From a virus (lineage: Duplodnaviria > Caudoviricetes), in IMG/VR virus record IMGVR_UViG_3300025674_000052, positions 1 to 55,417 of that record: a stretch of 55,417 nucleotides of DNA; one strand, 5' to 3'. Each line of letters opens with the position of its first letter. Within the stretch, counting starts at the first letter, position 1. Below, in pieces: positions 54,121 through 55,417 of this stretch. Below the pieces are notes generated by a model. That model made no database searches. It was not told the origin of the DNA and saw only the letters and a program-made list of their open reading frames with translations. Position numbers and translations under genes: made by a program.

Positions 54121-54483
54121 TCACGCCTCCTTGTCGGTCGTGATCGCCTGGATCTCGGCCCAGGTCTTTTCGATCCCCGCGTCGTGCGCCTCGTCCTCCG
54201 GCACCCAGGTCTCAAACTCGGAGCCCGTCAACGTGACCTGATACCGACGCTTGCCGAGTTGCTCAGGCGGGTCCTGAGTGTCGTCCTCCCACGGCTCCAT
54301 GAGCGCCACGACCTCAGGGTCGTCGTGCTCCTTGTCGCTGATGTAGCAGAACAGGAACCCGCTCTCGGTCGGCGTGACAGCCGAGCCGGGGTTCTGGTGG
54401 CCGTCGAGGACCTGCACAACATCGTTGTCGTCGTAGGTCAAGCCGCCGCTGGGCTTCGCGGTGATGATGAGGGCGTGGGCCAT
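54121..54483 (-). CDS. Acidic 120-aa tail-associated protein (copy B)
   Basis: ATG ORF packed between two tail genes, duplicated at the window start. Confidence 0.8.
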   Translation of the reverse strand: MAHALIITAKPSGGLTYDDNDVVQVLDGHQNPGSAVTPTESGFLFCYISDKEHDDPEVVALMEPWEDDTQDPPEQLGKRRYQVTLTGSEFETWVPEDEAHDAGIEKTWAEIQAITTDKEA

Positions 54484-54490
54484 GGGTCAG
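54342..54490. repeat. Direct repeat copy B of 1..149
   Basis: 146 of 149 positions identical. Confidence 0.95.
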
Positions 54491-55417
54491 TCGGGGTCGA
54501 TGTAGGTCTGAACGAAGTCGTTCGGGTTCGTCGTGTCTGTCGTGGAGTCGGTCCAGATCATGCTCCGGCGGATTGCAGTCTGCGCCGCGCCGAAGCTGTT
54601 CTCCGCGTTGCCGTCGTGAGTCCAGAGGCCCATCTCCTTCGTGCCTCGAGTGAACAGGCCCTCGACCACTTCGTCCACGCTCGAGCCCGTAGCTGCCAGC
54701 CCCAGGCACGCTCGCTCGAAGAGGTCGTTCAGGACAATCGTATCCGTGTCCACCTGCCGCACAGTCAGGCGCTTGATCCCTTCGATCACGTTCACAAGCG
54801 CCGTGCTCGTCCCCGTCCACTCGCTCACGTCCACGATGCGGTCGCGGCCCAAGAGCACGCCGAAGGTCTGGTCCGCGAAGGTGGCGATCTTGCCTGAGCC
54901 GCTATCGGTGACGACGCCCGTGGTCGTGCTCACCGCTCCGTCGCCCGAAGGCCCGACCGTGATCGTCTCCCCCGTCCAAGCGCTGGCGACGAACACCTGC
55001 CGATCCTGCCCCCCGATCGGCCCGATGAACGCCTTCAGCTCCACGTCACCCCCGCCGTTCGTGTCCACCTCGAGGCGCAGCCGGAGCTCCTCGCGGAACT
55101 TGATCAGCTTGAAGCCATCTGCCACGACTTGCTTCGCGAGGAGCGTAGGGACGCCCACGCTGCCGCTGGCGCCGAAGTTCATGCGCCAGACCTCGAGGTA
55201 GAGGTCGATCGCGCTGGCGTTCTTCAGCGGGTAGGCGACGAACAGGTAGCCGTTGACGCCTGCCACGCTGTATTCGTTCTCGGAGCTCGTCGCGCTCACC
55301 GCAGGATGCCCGCCGCCTGCTCGCAGGAAGACCCCGTTCCCGAGCCATCCGTTGTAGATCGGCACCGGGTCGATCGGATCCTGGCCGATCATGCTCCCCG
55401 AGAAGTTGGCGCGACGA
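54487..55417 (-). CDS. Tail protein, probably 5'-truncated at the window edge; distant paralogue of the N-terminal part of 146..2257
   Basis: Frame is open to the edge. Shares the LRL.V...(R)Q.F and FG...R....L..D.FER patterns with the 703-aa protein. Confidence 0.7.
   Translation of the reverse strand, partial: RRANFSGSMIGQDPIDPVPIYNGWLGNGVFLRAGGGHPAVSATSSENEYSVAGVNGYLFVAYPLKNASAIDLYLEVWRMNFGASGSVGVPTLLAKQVVADGFKLIKFREELRLRLEVDTNGGGDVELKAFIGPIGGQDRQVFVASAWTGETITVGPSGDGAVSTTTGVVTDSGSGKIATFADQTFGVLLGRDRIVDVSEWTGTSTALVNVIEGIKRLTVRQVDTDTIVLNDLFERACLGLAATGSSVDEVVEGLFTRGTKEMGLWTHDGNAENSFGAAQTAIRRSMIWTDSTTDTTNPNDFVQTYIDPD

Noticed and set aside
49465-54490. Diversity-generating retroelement or invertase shufflon acting on tail genes
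   Set aside because: No reverse transcriptase or recombinase gene, the repeats are direct and in frame, and the mismatches are not adenine-specific.
1-55417. tRNA/rRNA genes or stop-codon reassignment
   Set aside because: No cloverleaf or rRNA-like segments were seen, and genes are full length and tightly coupled under the standard bacterial code.

Overview
This window is a near-complete, GC-rich tailed-phage (siphovirus-like Caudoviricetes) genome, almost entirely encoded on the minus strand. It has head genes (TerS, TerL, portal fused to a MuF-like domain, prohead protease, HK97-type capsid) and a lambda-like tail module (tube, G/GT chaperone with a GGGAAAG -1 frameshift, tape measure, enlarged gpM-, gpL-, gpK- and gpI-J-like proteins, fibre). 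Replication genes include a SNF2 helicase, a RepB-like primase, a UvrD-like helicase and a RuvC-like resolvase. There are three DNA methyltransferases and a MoxR-AAA/vWA pair. I found no integrase, DNA polymerase, recognisable endolysin, tRNA or CRISPR array. The most notable features are: (1) seven related promoter cassettes (TTGCG(G/A)-N17-GANNGT), six followed by a 5' hairpin, mostly driving small orphan genes; (2) DUF3140-like and DUF2945/Tudor-like domains inserted into the adjacent portal and protease genes; (3) a gpL-like protein carrying four ~1 kb cassettes with conserved flanks and variable cores, preceded by a small gene that occurs twice; (4) tandem ParB-MTases with swapped central segments; (5) a C5-MTase with a second subunit nested in an alternative frame. 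All family calls are by-eye motif recognition, not database results.
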